Below, piece after piece: positions 37,098 to 47,152 of a stretch of 64,000 bases of DNA; within the stretch, counting starts at the first letter, position 1, and every line of letters begins with the position of its first letter. The notes under the pieces were generated by a model. The model saw only the letters and a program-made list of their open reading frames with translations. It did not search any database and was not told where the DNA came from. Source of the DNA: Alphaproteobacteria bacterium (GTDB taxonomy: Bacteria; Pseudomonadota; Alphaproteobacteria; SP197); assembly GCA_965228895.1 (NCBI GenBank), contig OZ245842.1, positions 1,120,001-1,184,000 on the forward strand. Direction: 5' to 3'. The position numbers and the translations under genes are program-made.

Positions 37098-38058
37098 CCA
37101 GCGCACAGACAACGTCCATATCCCGGTCCTGCTGGATGAGGTTCTCGCGGTCTTGGCGCCGGGTGATGGTGAAACCCATGTCGACGGGACGTTCGGCGGT
37201 GGCGGCTATAGCCGCGCCATGCTGGACGCGGCCGACTGCATGGTCTTCGGCATCGATCGCGATCCCGACGCGATCGCGCGGGGTCAGGCCATGGCGGCGC
37301 AGTACGGCCCGCGTCTGACCCTGGTGCAGGGCACTTTTTCGTCGATGGACCGACTGTTGAGCGATTGCGCGATCGAGGCCGTCGACGGTGTCGTGCTGGA
37401 CATCGGTGTTTCGTCCAATCAGCTCGAAGACGCTGCGCGCGGGTTCTCATTCCGCGTCGACGCTGAACTCGACATGCGTATGGAGCCGGTCGGCGAGGAC
37501 GCGGCCGATGTGGTCAACCGGCTCAGCGAGCGCGACCTCGCCACGATGATCGCCAAGCTGGGCGAAGAGCGGCGTGCCCGTGCGGTTGCCCGCGCCATCG
37601 TCGCGGCGCGCCAGAATTCACCGATCACACGCACCGGCGAACTCGCCGATATCGTGCGCTCCGTCGTGCGGCCGTCGGCCGATGGCATCGACCCGGCGAC
37701 GCGGACGTTTCAAGCGCTCAGGCTTTATGTGAATGACGAACTCGGCGAGTTGGAGCGTGGTTTGGCCGCGGCCGAGCGGGTCCTCAGAGCCGGTGGCCGC
37801 CTGGTCGTCGTCGCCTTCCATTCGCTTGAGGATCGTATCGTCAAAAAGTTCCTGCAGGAACGCAGCGGTGCGGCGGCGCGGCCCAGCCGGCATCTTCCCG
37901 AACTGCCGGACGCAGAGCGCGCGCCCAGCTTCCGTCTCATCGGCCGCAAGCCCGTGACGGCGAGTGAGGCAGAAGTGCGCGACAATCCGCGCGCCCGTTC
38001 GGCGCGCCTGCGCGCTGCCGTGCGTACCGACGCGCCGGCATGGGCGGAGGCGGCCTGA
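37090..38058 (+). CDS. rsmH: 16S rRNA m4C1402 methyltransferase
   Basis: HIPVLL, DGTFGGGGYS, LDIGVSS, FHSLEDRIVK, NPRARSARLR. Confidence 0.97.
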   Translation: MADQRTDNVHIPVLLDEVLAVLAPGDGETHVDGTFGGGGYSRAMLDAADCMVFGIDRDPDAIARGQAMAAQYGPRLTLVQGTFSSMDRLLSDCAIEAVDGVVLDIGVSSNQLEDAARGFSFRVDAELDMRMEPVGEDAADVVNRLSERDLATMIAKLGEERRARAVARAIVAARQNSPITRTGELADIVRSVVRPSADGIDPATRTFQALRLYVNDELGELERGLAAAERVLRAGGRLVVVAFHSLEDRIVKKFLQERSGAAARPSRHLPELPDAERAPSFRLIGRKPVTASEAEVRDNPRARSARLRAAVRTDAPAWAEAA

Positions 38059-38396
38059 TGCGGCGCAGTAGTCCAATCTGGATGGTGGCGGCTGTCGGCG
38101 CGGCCGTGGCGGCCTTCGTCATCAAGTATGAGGTGCGCAGCCTGGAAGACGAGCTGTCGCGACTGGAAAACGAACTGGTCGACCGTCGTGAGGCCATTCA
38201 CGTGTTGAGGGCCGAGTGGAGCTATCTCAACCGGCCCGATCGTCTGACCGAGCTTGCCAAGCGTCATCTTGATCTCGTGCCGATGGCGCCGGCCCAGATG
38301 AGCATTCTGGTCGATGTGCCCTATCGCACCGATGGGCTGCCTGACTATGTCCTGTCGACAGACATCTCGCTGGTGACGTTTGAGGCGGTGCCATGA
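38058..38396 (+). CDS. ftsL: Cell division protein FtsL
   Basis: TM plus coiled coil, IHVLRAEWSYLNRPDRL; lies between rsmH and ftsI. Confidence 0.88.
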   Translation: MRRSSPIWMVAAVGAAVAAFVIKYEVRSLEDELSRLENELVDRREAIHVLRAEWSYLNRPDRLTELAKRHLDLVPMAPAQMSILVDVPYRTDGLPDYVLSTDISLVTFEAVP

Positions 38397-40150
38397 GCGA
38401 TCACGTGCACACCGATCGTCAGTGGTATGGCGGTGCCATGGAACCGCAGCCGACGCTGCGCCTTGAGGGTGCCATCAAACAGGCGGCCGACGTCTGCCGC
38501 TCGCGCCTGGTCGTTCTGACTGTGGTCTTTTGCGCCGCGTTCCTGCTGATCGCCGGCCGTCTGGTCGAGGTCATGTTGATCGAGGCGGGCGACAGCGACG
38601 CGCTTGCCTACAGTACGGCGCTGGCGCCGATTGGCCGCGCCGACATCGTCGATCGCAACGGCATTTTGCTGGCGACCGACCTGCCGACCGCGTCGCTCTA
38701 TGCCAACCCGCGTGACGTGATCGATGCGGAAGAAGCGGCGGTGATGCTGGAATCGGCGTTGCCGGAACTGGACTTCGATGATGTCGTTCGCAAGCTATCG
38801 ACCGACCGTGGCTTTGTCTGGTTGAAGCGTAACCTGACGCCGCGTCAGCAAGCCGACATCCACAGCCTCGGTATCCCGGGCCTGGGTTTTGTGCGCGAGG
38901 AGCGGCGGATCTATCCGCAAGGTCACCTTGCCGCTCATGTCGTCGGATTTACCGATATCGACCGCCACGGTTTGGCTGGCGCCGAACAGGCCTTCGACCA
39001 TGAACTTCAGGCGCGCGCGGAAGCCGATGAAACACCGTTGGCGTTGTCGCTGGATCTTCGTTTCCAGCAGATCGTGCGTGAGGAGCTGACCGCCACGATC
39101 GAGCGCTTCGACGCCATCGGCGGTACCGGCATCGTCCTGGACGTGCACACCGGTGAAGTCCTCGCCATGGTTTCCTTGCCCGACTTCGACGGCAATCGTG
39201 CCGGCGAGGCCGATGGCGACACGCGTTTCAACCGGGCGACCCTCGGCGTCTATGAGGTCGGTTCGGTCTTCAAGGTCTTCACCGCCGCCATGGCGCTTGA
39301 CGCTGGTCTTGTGAACATGACCAGCGGCTACGACGCGACCGATCCGATCCGCATCTCGCAATTCACGATCCGCGACTACAAGCCGAAGAACCGCTGGCTG
39401 TCACTGCCTGAGATCCTGATCTATTCGTCGAACATCGGCGCGGCGAAGATGGCGCTTGATGTCGGTGCCGAAGGTCAGCAGGCATTCTTGCAGCGCATCG
39501 GTCTCTTGTCGGCGTCGCAGCTTGAGCTGCCGGAAAATGCCATGCCGATGGCGCCGGCGCCGTGGCGCGAGATCAACACGATGACCATCGGGTTTGGCCA
39601 CGGCATCGCCGTGACGCCGATCCAGGTCGCGAGCGCGATGGCCGCCATGGTCAATGGCGGCACGCTCTATCAGCCGACCATTCTGCGCTGGGCCTCCGAT
39701 CAGTCGCCGCCGGGTGTGCAGGTGATTCAGCCCGAGACGTCGGATGCCGTGCGCATGCTGATGCATCTGGTCGTCGAGTACGGTAGCGGCCGCAAGGCGC
39801 AGGTCGACGGTTACATGATCGGCGGCAAGACCGGCACGGCCGAGAAACTGGATAGCTGGGGCGGCTACAACGAGGACAAGCTGTTGTCGTCGTTCGTTTC
39901 CGCGTTCCCGATCGATGATCCCCGCTTCATCGTTCTGGCGATGATCGATGAGCCCAACGGCATCGAAGAGACCTACGGCTATGCGACCGGCGGCTGGACT
40001 GCGGCGCCGACGGTCGGAAACATCATTGCGCGCATCGGCCCCTTGGCCGGTATCGCGCCGGACGAAGACGCCATGCCTGACTTGCCTCGGGCCGTGGCCG
40101 GACAGGATCTGGAACTGGAGGCCATCCTTGCGGCTTACGGCGCTCATTAA
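38393..40150 (+). CDS. ftsI: Peptidoglycan transpeptidase PBP3
   Basis: RADIVDRNG, SVFK (SxxK), SSN, KTG motifs. Confidence 0.96.
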   Translation: MSDHVHTDRQWYGGAMEPQPTLRLEGAIKQAADVCRSRLVVLTVVFCAAFLLIAGRLVEVMLIEAGDSDALAYSTALAPIGRADIVDRNGILLATDLPTASLYANPRDVIDAEEAAVMLESALPELDFDDVVRKLSTDRGFVWLKRNLTPRQQADIHSLGIPGLGFVREERRIYPQGHLAAHVVGFTDIDRHGLAGAEQAFDHELQARAEADETPLALSLDLRFQQIVREELTATIERFDAIGGTGIVLDVHTGEVLAMVSLPDFDGNRAGEADGDTRFNRATLGVYEVGSVFKVFTAAMALDAGLVNMTSGYDATDPIRISQFTIRDYKPKNRWLSLPEILIYSSNIGAAKMALDVGAEGQQAFLQRIGLLSASQLELPENAMPMAPAPWREINTMTIGFGHGIAVTPIQVASAMAAMVNGGTLYQPTILRWASDQSPPGVQVIQPETSDAVRMLMHLVVEYGSGRKAQVDGYMIGGKTGTAEKLDSWGGYNEDKLLSSFVSAFPIDDPRFIVLAMIDEPNGIEETYGYATGGWTAAPTVGNIIARIGPLAGIAPDEDAMPDLPRAVAGQDLELEAILAAYGAH

Positions 40151-41597
40151 CGGACTCGACCTGACGGTCGAGCGCTGTGGCGGGGATGTCGACATCCTCG
40201 GCCTGAGCGCGGACTCGCGCGACTGCGGGCGTGACTACCTGTTCGCCGCCGTGCCGGGCGTCGAGACCGATGGTCGCGGCTTCATCGACGACGCGGTGGC
40301 GCGTGGCGCGGCGTGTGTGCTGACAACGACGGATGCCGCGGCCAAGGCGGCGAAGCATGACGTCGCGGTACTGACCAGCGATCGGCCGCGCCGTGTGTTG
40401 GCGCAACTGGCTGCCCGTTTTTTCGGCGACCAGCCGGAACGCGCTGTCGCCGTGACCGGGACGAACGGAAAAACATCGGTCGCCGTTTTCTGTGCGCAGT
40501 TGTGGCGCGCACTCGGTATCAAGGCGGCAGCCATTGGTACCTTGGGCGTTTGCGGTAACGGTTATCGCGCCAGCCTTGCGCACACGACGCCGGACCCGGT
40601 TACCTTGCACAAGGTGCTGGCCGACCTTGGCGTGCGCGACTTCAAGCGCGTCGCGCTTGAAGCGTCGAGCCACGGTCTCGATCAAAACCGTGTCGATGGC
40701 GTGCGCCTTTCCGGTGCCGGCTTCACCAACCTGACCCAGGATCACTACGACTATCATCCGAGCCTGGAGGCGTATCGCGACGCCAAGTTCGGCCTGTTCG
40801 GACTGGTCGAGACCGGTGGTGTGGCGGCACTGAACGCCGACAGCGATCAGTTCGACGCCTTGGCCGGTCTTTGCCGCGACAACGGCTTGCACGTTGTCGG
40901 CTATGGCCGTGCTGGCAAAGACCTGCGGCTTGTCGACAGCCGCTACCGCGGTCCGGTTCAGATCCTGACGATCGAGGCGGACGGTGAGCGCATCGACACG
41001 GAATTGCCGCTGCCCGGACACTTCCAGGCCATGAACGCCTTGTGTGCTGCGGCCATGGTCGCAGGTGTCGAAGGCATTGAGGTCGCACGGGTGCTGGAAC
41101 TGCTGCCGTCGCTGACCGGCGTGCGCGGACGCCTGGAGCGTGTCGCGGAACATCCCGATGGCGGCCCGATCTATGTCGACTATGCGCATACGCCGGATGC
41201 CCTGCAGACGGTGCTGGCAGAGGTGCGTCCGGCGGTGACCGGCAAGCTGTTTGTCGTCTTTGGCTGCGGCGGTGACCGCGACCGCGACAAGCGCGCACGC
41301 ATGGGCGCAATCGCCGCGCGCCTTGCCGACAAGGTGTTTGTCACCGACGACAACCCGCGCACCGAAGAAGCCGCTGACATCCGTCAGGAGATCATGGCGG
41401 GCTGCCCCGACGCGACCAATGTCGGCGGTCGGGCCGAAGCGATCCGCGCGGCGATCGGCGCGATGAGCGATGGCGATGTTTTGGTCGTCGCCGGTAAAGG
41501 TCACGAGCAGGGTCAGATCGTCGGCAAGCAGGTTCTGCCGTTTGACGATGGCGACGAAGTGCGTCGCGCGGTCGACGAGCTGGGACGCGCGGCATGA
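40128..41597 (+). CDS. murE: UDP-MurNAc-dipeptide:meso-DAP ligase
   Basis: TTG start behind GGAGG; TGTNGKTS, EASSHG, DYAHTPD, DDNPR. Confidence 0.97.
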   Translation: MRLTALINGLDLTVERCGGDVDILGLSADSRDCGRDYLFAAVPGVETDGRGFIDDAVARGAACVLTTTDAAAKAAKHDVAVLTSDRPRRVLAQLAARFFGDQPERAVAVTGTNGKTSVAVFCAQLWRALGIKAAAIGTLGVCGNGYRASLAHTTPDPVTLHKVLADLGVRDFKRVALEASSHGLDQNRVDGVRLSGAGFTNLTQDHYDYHPSLEAYRDAKFGLFGLVETGGVAALNADSDQFDALAGLCRDNGLHVVGYGRAGKDLRLVDSRYRGPVQILTIEADGERIDTELPLPGHFQAMNALCAAAMVAGVEGIEVARVLELLPSLTGVRGRLERVAEHPDGGPIYVDYAHTPDALQTVLAEVRPAVTGKLFVVFGCGGDRDRDKRARMGAIAARLADKVFVTDDNPRTEEAADIRQEIMAGCPDATNVGGRAEAIRAAIGAMSDGDVLVVAGKGHEQGQIVGKQVLPFDDGDEVRRAVDELGRAA

Positions 41598-43015
41598 CCG
41601 GCCCGGTGCTTTGGAACGATCGCGATGCGGCGGCGGCGACCGGCGGCGAGAGCCTGCAGCCGTGGTCGGCGTTCGGTGTCGCGTTCGACAGCCGGCAGAT
41701 CGCCCCGGGTGATCTCTTTGTCGCGCTCAAGGGTGAGACATCGGACGGCCATAACTATATCGGCCAGGCATTTGATGGCGGTGCGGCGGCCGCAATGGTG
41801 GCGCGCTCGTTCGACCACGACGAGCCGGCGCCACTGCTGCTGGTGCCTGACACGATGGCCGGTCTGAACGATTTGGCGCGCGCCGCCCGTGCGCGTTGCA
41901 AGGGCCGGATTTGCGCGGTGACCGGCAGCGTTGGTAAGACCGGCACGAAAGAAATGCTCCACCACGTGCTGGCGCCCCAAGGCGCAACCCATGTCAGCGA
42001 GAAGAGCTTCAACAATCATGTGGGAACGCCGCTCAGCCTGGCGCGTATGCCGGCGTCGACACGTTTTGGCGTTTTTGAGATTGGTATGAATGCACCAGGT
42101 GAGATCGCGCCGCTGGCCGGTCTGGTGCAGCCGAACATCGCCGTGATTACCGCAGTCGAGCTGGTCCATGGCGCGACCTTTGACGGTATCGACGGCATTG
42201 CCGCGGAGAAGGCTGACATCTTCACGGGTGTGGCCGATAACGCTATCGCCGTCATCAACGGCGACAGCACGTTTGCCGACTATTTGACACAGCGTGCTCG
42301 CGACGGCGGTGCAGCGCGTGTCGTGCGGTTCGGTGAGACGGACGGCTGCGATGTTCGGTTGCTGGATTGGCGGCTGGACGACGTGGGCACCGCGGTCAAG
42401 GCGGACGTCTTCGGCCGAGCGGTGAACTTCCATCTGGGAACGTGGGGCCGTCATCAGGCGCTCAACAGCCTCGCCGTGCTGGCCGTTGTCTCGCTGATGG
42501 ATGCCGATGTCGAAGAAGCTGCTGCGGCACTGAGCACGGTAACGCCGCCGACCGGAAGGGGCCAGCGCCATCGTATTGCGACCGATGGCGGCGACGTTCT
42601 CGTCATCGATGAGTCGTATAACTGCAGCCCCGCTGCGCTGCACGCCGCGCTGCGCGTCTTGCACGCGACGCCGGTTGGCGAGGGTGGTCGGCGTATAGCC
42701 GTGATCGGCGATATGCTGGAGTTGGGCGAGCGGAGTGCCGAAACGCACAAGGCGCTGGCTGAGCACATTGTCGATAACGACGTCGATTTTGTCATCCTGA
42801 TTGGTGACGAGGTCGCGCATACCAAACATGCCCTGCCTGCGAAGCGCTGTGCGGCTCACGTCGCTACGGCGAGTGATGCTATCGCGCCGGTTCTCGATGC
42901 GCTGCAGGCAGGCGACGTGGTGATGGTCAAGGGGTCGAGGCGCGTGGGTCTTGAAGCCGTTGTCGAAGAGCTGGTGCGGCATGGCGCCGTCCAGCCCATG
43001 GTCGGCAACGGCTGA
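41594..43015 (+). CDS. murF: UDP-MurNAc-tripeptide:D-Ala-D-Ala ligase
   Basis: TGSVGKTGTKE, SFNNHVG, DESYN, GDMLELG, KGSR. Confidence 0.97.
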   Translation: MTGPVLWNDRDAAAATGGESLQPWSAFGVAFDSRQIAPGDLFVALKGETSDGHNYIGQAFDGGAAAAMVARSFDHDEPAPLLLVPDTMAGLNDLARAARARCKGRICAVTGSVGKTGTKEMLHHVLAPQGATHVSEKSFNNHVGTPLSLARMPASTRFGVFEIGMNAPGEIAPLAGLVQPNIAVITAVELVHGATFDGIDGIAAEKADIFTGVADNAIAVINGDSTFADYLTQRARDGGAARVVRFGETDGCDVRLLDWRLDDVGTAVKADVFGRAVNFHLGTWGRHQALNSLAVLAVVSLMDADVEEAAAALSTVTPPTGRGQRHRIATDGGDVLVIDESYNCSPAALHAALRVLHATPVGEGGRRIAVIGDMLELGERSAETHKALAEHIVDNDVDFVILIGDEVAHTKHALPAKRCAAHVATASDAIAPVLDALQAGDVVMVKGSRRVGLEAVVEELVRHGAVQPMVGNG

Positions 43016-43027
43016 GGGGGACGAGCG

Positions 43028-44116
43028 ATGCTGTTTAATCTCCTGTCGCCTCTGTCCGAAGATATTGGTGCGCTCCGGTTGTTCTCGTTCATTACGTTCC
43101 GGACCGGCGGCGCGATCCTGACGGCGCTTTTGATCAGCCTGATCTTTGGCCCGCTGGTGATCCGGTGGCTGAAGTCGGTTCAGGGTAAGGGTCAACCGAT
43201 CCGCAGCGACGGACCGGAGAGCCACATCATTACCAAGGCCGGCACGCCGACCATGGGCGGTGTCCTGATCCTGCTGTCACTGGGCGTCGCGACGCTGCTC
43301 TGGGCCGACCTGTCGAACGGCTTCGTTTGGATCGTCCTGCTGCTGACGCTTGGCTTTGGCGCCATCGGTTTTGCCGACGACTATCTGAAGGTCACCCATC
43401 AGACCAGCAAGGGTCTGTCGGGTTACGTTAAGCTGGCGATGGAAATCGTGCTGGCATTGGTCGCAGCGTTCGCCATCGCCGCGTTGACCGAAAGCCATCT
43501 GTCGTCGCATCTGGCTATGCCGTTCCTGAAAGACGTCCTGGTTAATTTCGGCTGGTTTTTCTTGGTCGTCGTTGTCTTTGTCATCGTCGGCGCATCAAAC
43601 GCCGTCAACTTGACCGATGGGCTGGACGGTCTGGCGATTGGCCCGATCATCATTGCGGCGATGACGTTCGGTATCATCTGCTATCTCGCCGGTAACACGG
43701 TTTATGCGTCCTACCTGCAGCTTCCGTTGGTCGTTGGCGCCGGTGAATTGGCTGTGCTGTGTGGCGCGCTGGTTGGCGCTGGGCTCGGCTTCCTGTGGTT
43801 CAACGCACCGCCTGCCATGGTGTTCATGGGCGACACCGGCAGCCTTGCCAGCGGGGCCGCGCTGGGCAGCATCTCCGTCGTGACCAAGCACGAGCTGGTG
43901 CTGGCGATCGTCGGCGGTCTTTTCGTTCTTGAGACGGTCTCGGTGATTGTCCAGGTCGTCTCGTTCAAGGTCACCGGCCGCCGTGTCTTCCGTATGGCCC
44001 CGATCCATCACCACTTCGAAAAAATGGGCTGGGCTGAACCGACAATCGTGATCCGGTTCTGGATCATCGCCATTGTGCTGGCGCTTGTCGGTCTTGCCAC
44101 CCTGAAGTTGAGGTGA
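43028..44116 (+). CDS. mraY: Phospho-N-acetylmuramoyl-pentapeptide transferase
   Basis: [35 protein letters not shown]. Confidence 0.98.
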   Translation: MLFNLLSPLSEDIGALRLFSFITFRTGGAILTALLISLIFGPLVIRWLKSVQGKGQPIRSDGPESHIITKAGTPTMGGVLILLSLGVATLLWADLSNGFVWIVLLLTLGFGAIGFADDYLKVTHQTSKGLSGYVKLAMEIVLALVAAFAIAALTESHLSSHLAMPFLKDVLVNFGWFFLVVVVFVIVGASNAVNLTDGLDGLAIGPIIIAAMTFGIICYLAGNTVYASYLQLPLVVGAGELAVLCGALVGAGLGFLWFNAPPAMVFMGDTGSLASGAALGSISVVTKHELVLAIVGGLFVLETVSVIVQVVSFKVTGRRVFRMAPIHHHFEKMGWAEPTIVIRFWIIAIVLALVGLATLKLR

Positions 44117-44120
44117 GCCG

Positions 44121-46031
44121 ATGATCGATCTTTCACGCCACGCAGAGTCATCGATCGCGGTCTTCGGGCTGGGACGTTCCGGCGTTTCGAGTTCCCTTGC
44201 GCTGGCCGCGGCCGGCGCACAGGTCCATGCCTGGGACGATGATCCCGCGCGGCGCCGTCTGGCCGCCGACAAGGGCGTCACGCTCAATGACCTCTATCGT
44301 CTGGAGTGGGACATCGTGCGCGCGCTCGTTCTGAGCCCCGGCGTGCCGCTGACCCATCCGGCACCACATCCGCTGGTCGCCCGCGCGATGGCGGCCGGTG
44401 TCGAAGTGATCGGCGACATGGAGCTGTTTGCCCGCTCGCGTCCGCCGGGTCGCGTCGTCGGCGTTACCGGCACCAACGGCAAGTCGACGACGTCGGCGTT
44501 GATTGCCCACCTGATCCGCGCGTCCGGCCGCTCGGTGCAACTGGGCGGCAACATCGGTACGCCGGTCCTGGACCTCGACCCGCTGGACGAAGACGGCATC
44601 TATGTTCTCGAGCTGTCGTCTTATCAGCTCGATCTGATTCGCTCGCTGGTCAGCGATGTCGCGGTCCTGTTGAATTTGTCGCCCGATCACGTCGAACGCC
44701 ATGGCGATTTCGCCAACTATATCGCAGCGAAAACGCGCATCTTCTCGCGCCGGGCATCCCATCAGACATCGGTCATCGGCGTTGATGACGACATCTGCCG
44801 GCGCATTCACGCCGAGCTCGCGGGCCGGCGCGGCCGCACCATCATTCCGGTGTCGGTACTGCGCCGTGTCGCCGACGGTGTCTATGTCAAGAAGGGCGTT
44901 GTGATCGACGAGACGTCAGGTAAACCGGACGAGGTCGTCGACCTCAGCAAGGTCAAGGTGCTGCCCGGCGTGCACAACTGGCAAAACGCCGCGGCCGCAC
45001 TTGCCGCTATTCGTGCGCTTGGTATTCCCGCCGACGAAGTGGCGAAGGCATTCAAGACATTCCCCGGCCTGGCGCACCGCCAGGAAGTCGTGTGCAAGGT
45101 CGGCCGGGTTACCTTTATCAACGACAGCAAGGCGACCAACGCGGCCGCGGCCGCGCGCGGCCTTGCCTGTTACGACCGTATCTACTGGATTGCCGGTGGA
45201 CGCGCCAAGGAGGGCGGCATTGCGACGCTCTCTCCGTACTTCCCACGGATGGCTCACGCCTTCCTGATCGGGGAGTCCGCCGGCGCATTCGCCCAGACAT
45301 TAGAAGGACGCGTGCCGTACTCCGTAAGCGGCGATCTTGCGACAGCCGTCAAGCAGGCTAGCGATATGGCGCTGGCTGACCGACGTGCCGGCGCGATCGT
45401 TTTGCTGTCACCGGCATGCGCGTCTTTCGATCAGTTCTCCGATTTTGAAGATCGGGGGAACAAGTTCCGTGAAATCGTGCTCGCAGAAAAGAGAAAGCGC
45501 GATCAGGAACTTGAGAAGGACACATCTCTTGTCCCACCCGCAACACGCAAAAGGGGGTCTGACATGGCCACGAAACGTTCTTCGGCCAAGAAGTCAACTG
45601 CCAAAAAGAAAGCTGCCAAACGCAAGGCTCCGGCCAAGCGCAAGGCCGCGACCAAGAAGAAAGCCGTCAAGCGCAAAGCGCCGGCGAAACGTAAGGCTGC
45701 GACCAAGCGTAAGGCTCCGGCCAAGCGCAAAGCCGCAACCAAGAAGAAAGCCGCCAAGCGTAAGGCTCCAGCCAAGCGCAAAGCAGCGACCAGGAAGAAA
45801 GCCGCCAAGCGTAAGGCTCCGGCCAAGCGTAAAGCAGCCAAGCGGAAGACGGCTAAGCGTAAGGCTCCGGCCAAGCGCAAAGCGGCCAAGCGCAAGGCTC
45901 CAGCCAAGCGTAAGGCAGCGAAGAAAAAAACCGCCAAGCGCAAGGCTCCGGCCAAACGCAAGGCAGCCAAGCGCAAGGCTCCGGCCCGGCGTAAGGCTCC
46001 AGCCAAGAGGAAGACCGCTAGGAAGAGATGA
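44121..46031 (+). CDS. murD: UDP-MurNAc-L-Ala:D-Glu ligase with an in-frame C-terminal histone-H1-like extension
   Basis: GLGRSG, TGTNGKST, ELSSYQL, NDSKATN, LSPACASFDQF; the ORF then continues about 180 aa into K/R/A repeats. Confidence 0.95.
   Translation: MIDLSRHAESSIAVFGLGRSGVSSSLALAAAGAQVHAWDDDPARRRLAADKGVTLNDLYRLEWDIVRALVLSPGVPLTHPAPHPLVARAMAAGVEVIGDMELFARSRPPGRVVGVTGTNGKSTTSALIAHLIRASGRSVQLGGNIGTPVLDLDPLDEDGIYVLELSSYQLDLIRSLVSDVAVLLNLSPDHVERHGDFANYIAAKTRIFSRRASHQTSVIGVDDDICRRIHAELAGRRGRTIIPVSVLRRVADGVYVKKGVVIDETSGKPDEVVDLSKVKVLPGVHNWQNAAAALAAIRALGIPADEVAKAFKTFPGLAHRQEVVCKVGRVTFINDSKATNAAAAARGLACYDRIYWIAGGRAKEGGIATLSPYFPRMAHAFLIGESAGAFAQTLEGRVPYSVSGDLATAVKQASDMALADRRAGAIVLLSPACASFDQFSDFEDRGNKFREIVLAEKRKRDQELEKDTSLVPPATRKRGSDMATKRSSAKKSTAKKKAAKRKAPAKRKAATKKKAVKRKAPAKRKAATKRKAPAKRKAATKKKAAKRKAPAKRKAATRKKAAKRKAPAKRKAAKRKTAKRKAPAKRKAAKRKAPAKRKAAKKKTAKRKAPAKRKAAKRKAPARRKAPAKRKTARKR
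45564..46031 (+). repeat. Lys/Arg/Ala/Pro repeat region (about 10 x [KR]RKAPA); possible independent 155-aa histone-like protein
   Basis: In-frame ATG 45564 preceded by AAGGGGG; MATKRSSAKKSTAKKKAAKRKAPAKRKAAT... Confidence 0.85.
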
Positions 46032-47152
46032 CAACTTTCGCCCGCACGGACCGCAGCTTACTAGGAAGATGGTGGTGGACCGTCGACCGGTGGACGCTGG
46101 CCGCGCTCGTGATCCTGATGCTCTGCGGAGTCATCTTGATCATGGCGGCCAGTCCGCCGGTCGCGGACCGCATTGGTGCGGACTCGTTCTATTTCGTGCG
46201 GCGACAGTTCATCTTTTTACCGATTGCACTGGCCGTGTTGATGGCCGTTTCCCTGCTATCGCCGCAGGGCGTGCGTCGGCTTGCTGTTACTGTATTCGGA
46301 ATCTCGGTCGTGCTTTTGGTGCTGACCCTCTTCATTGGGGCCGACATCAAGGGTTCACGTCGTTGGATTGCTTTGCCGGGATTCTCATTGCAGGCGTCGG
46401 AGTTCGTAAAGCCGGCTTTTGCCGTCGTTGTCGCCTGGATGTTTGCCGAACAGCGTACCCGCCCGGGATTTCCGGGCGACCTTGTAGCTCTTTGCCTGTT
46501 CATCTTGGTTGTCAGTCTTATCGTGCTGCAACCCGACTTTGGCATGGCCGCCACGGTTACGGCGATCTGGGGCGGCCTATTTTTCCTCGCCGGCATGCCG
46601 CTCATCTTGGTAGCCGGCGTGGCGGGGGTCGTCGTGGTCGGGCTGATAGCCGGCTACACCTTCCTGCCGCATGTCGCGGATCGGATCGATCGCTTTCTCG
46701 ATCCGACATCCGGTGACAGTTTTCAGGTGAACACGGCATTGAGAGCGTTTGAATCCGGAGGAGTCTTTGGACGGGGGCCGGGCGAAGGCGTCGTTAAGGA
46801 CGTCCTGCCCGATGCCCATTCGGACTTTATCTTCGCCGTCGCCGGCGAGGAGTTTGGTCTGCTCGTCTGTTTGCTGATTGTCGCGTTGTTCGCCTTCGTC
46901 GCATTACGCGGATTGATCCGCTTGATGTCGGAGAAGGATCTTTTTGTCTTGTTGGCTGTCGCCGGACTGCTGATTCAGTTCGGGGCCCAGGCGGTGGTCA
47001 ACATGGGCGTTACGCTGCGTCTGGTGCCGTCGACCGGGATGACGCTGCCGTTCATGTCCTATGGCGGGTCGTCGCTGGTGGCGATTGCCATCGCCATGGG
47101 CATGGTGCTGGCGCTGACACGGCGCCGGCCCGAACACGGGAGGCCGTCATGA
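46028..47152 (+). CDS. ftsW: SEDS glycosyltransferase FtsW
   Basis: RWWWTVD, IKGSRRW, SEFVKP, QPDFG, HSDFIF, SYGGSS. Confidence 0.97.
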   Translation: MTTFARTDRSLLGRWWWTVDRWTLAALVILMLCGVILIMAASPPVADRIGADSFYFVRRQFIFLPIALAVLMAVSLLSPQGVRRLAVTVFGISVVLLVLTLFIGADIKGSRRWIALPGFSLQASEFVKPAFAVVVAWMFAEQRTRPGFPGDLVALCLFILVVSLIVLQPDFGMAATVTAIWGGLFFLAGMPLILVAGVAGVVVVGLIAGYTFLPHVADRIDRFLDPTSGDSFQVNTALRAFESGGVFGRGPGEGVVKDVLPDAHSDFIFAVAGEEFGLLVCLLIVALFAFVALRGLIRLMSEKDLFVLLAVAGLLIQFGAQAVVNMGVTLRLVPSTGMTLPFMSYGGSSLVAIAIAMGMVLALTRRRPEHGRPS

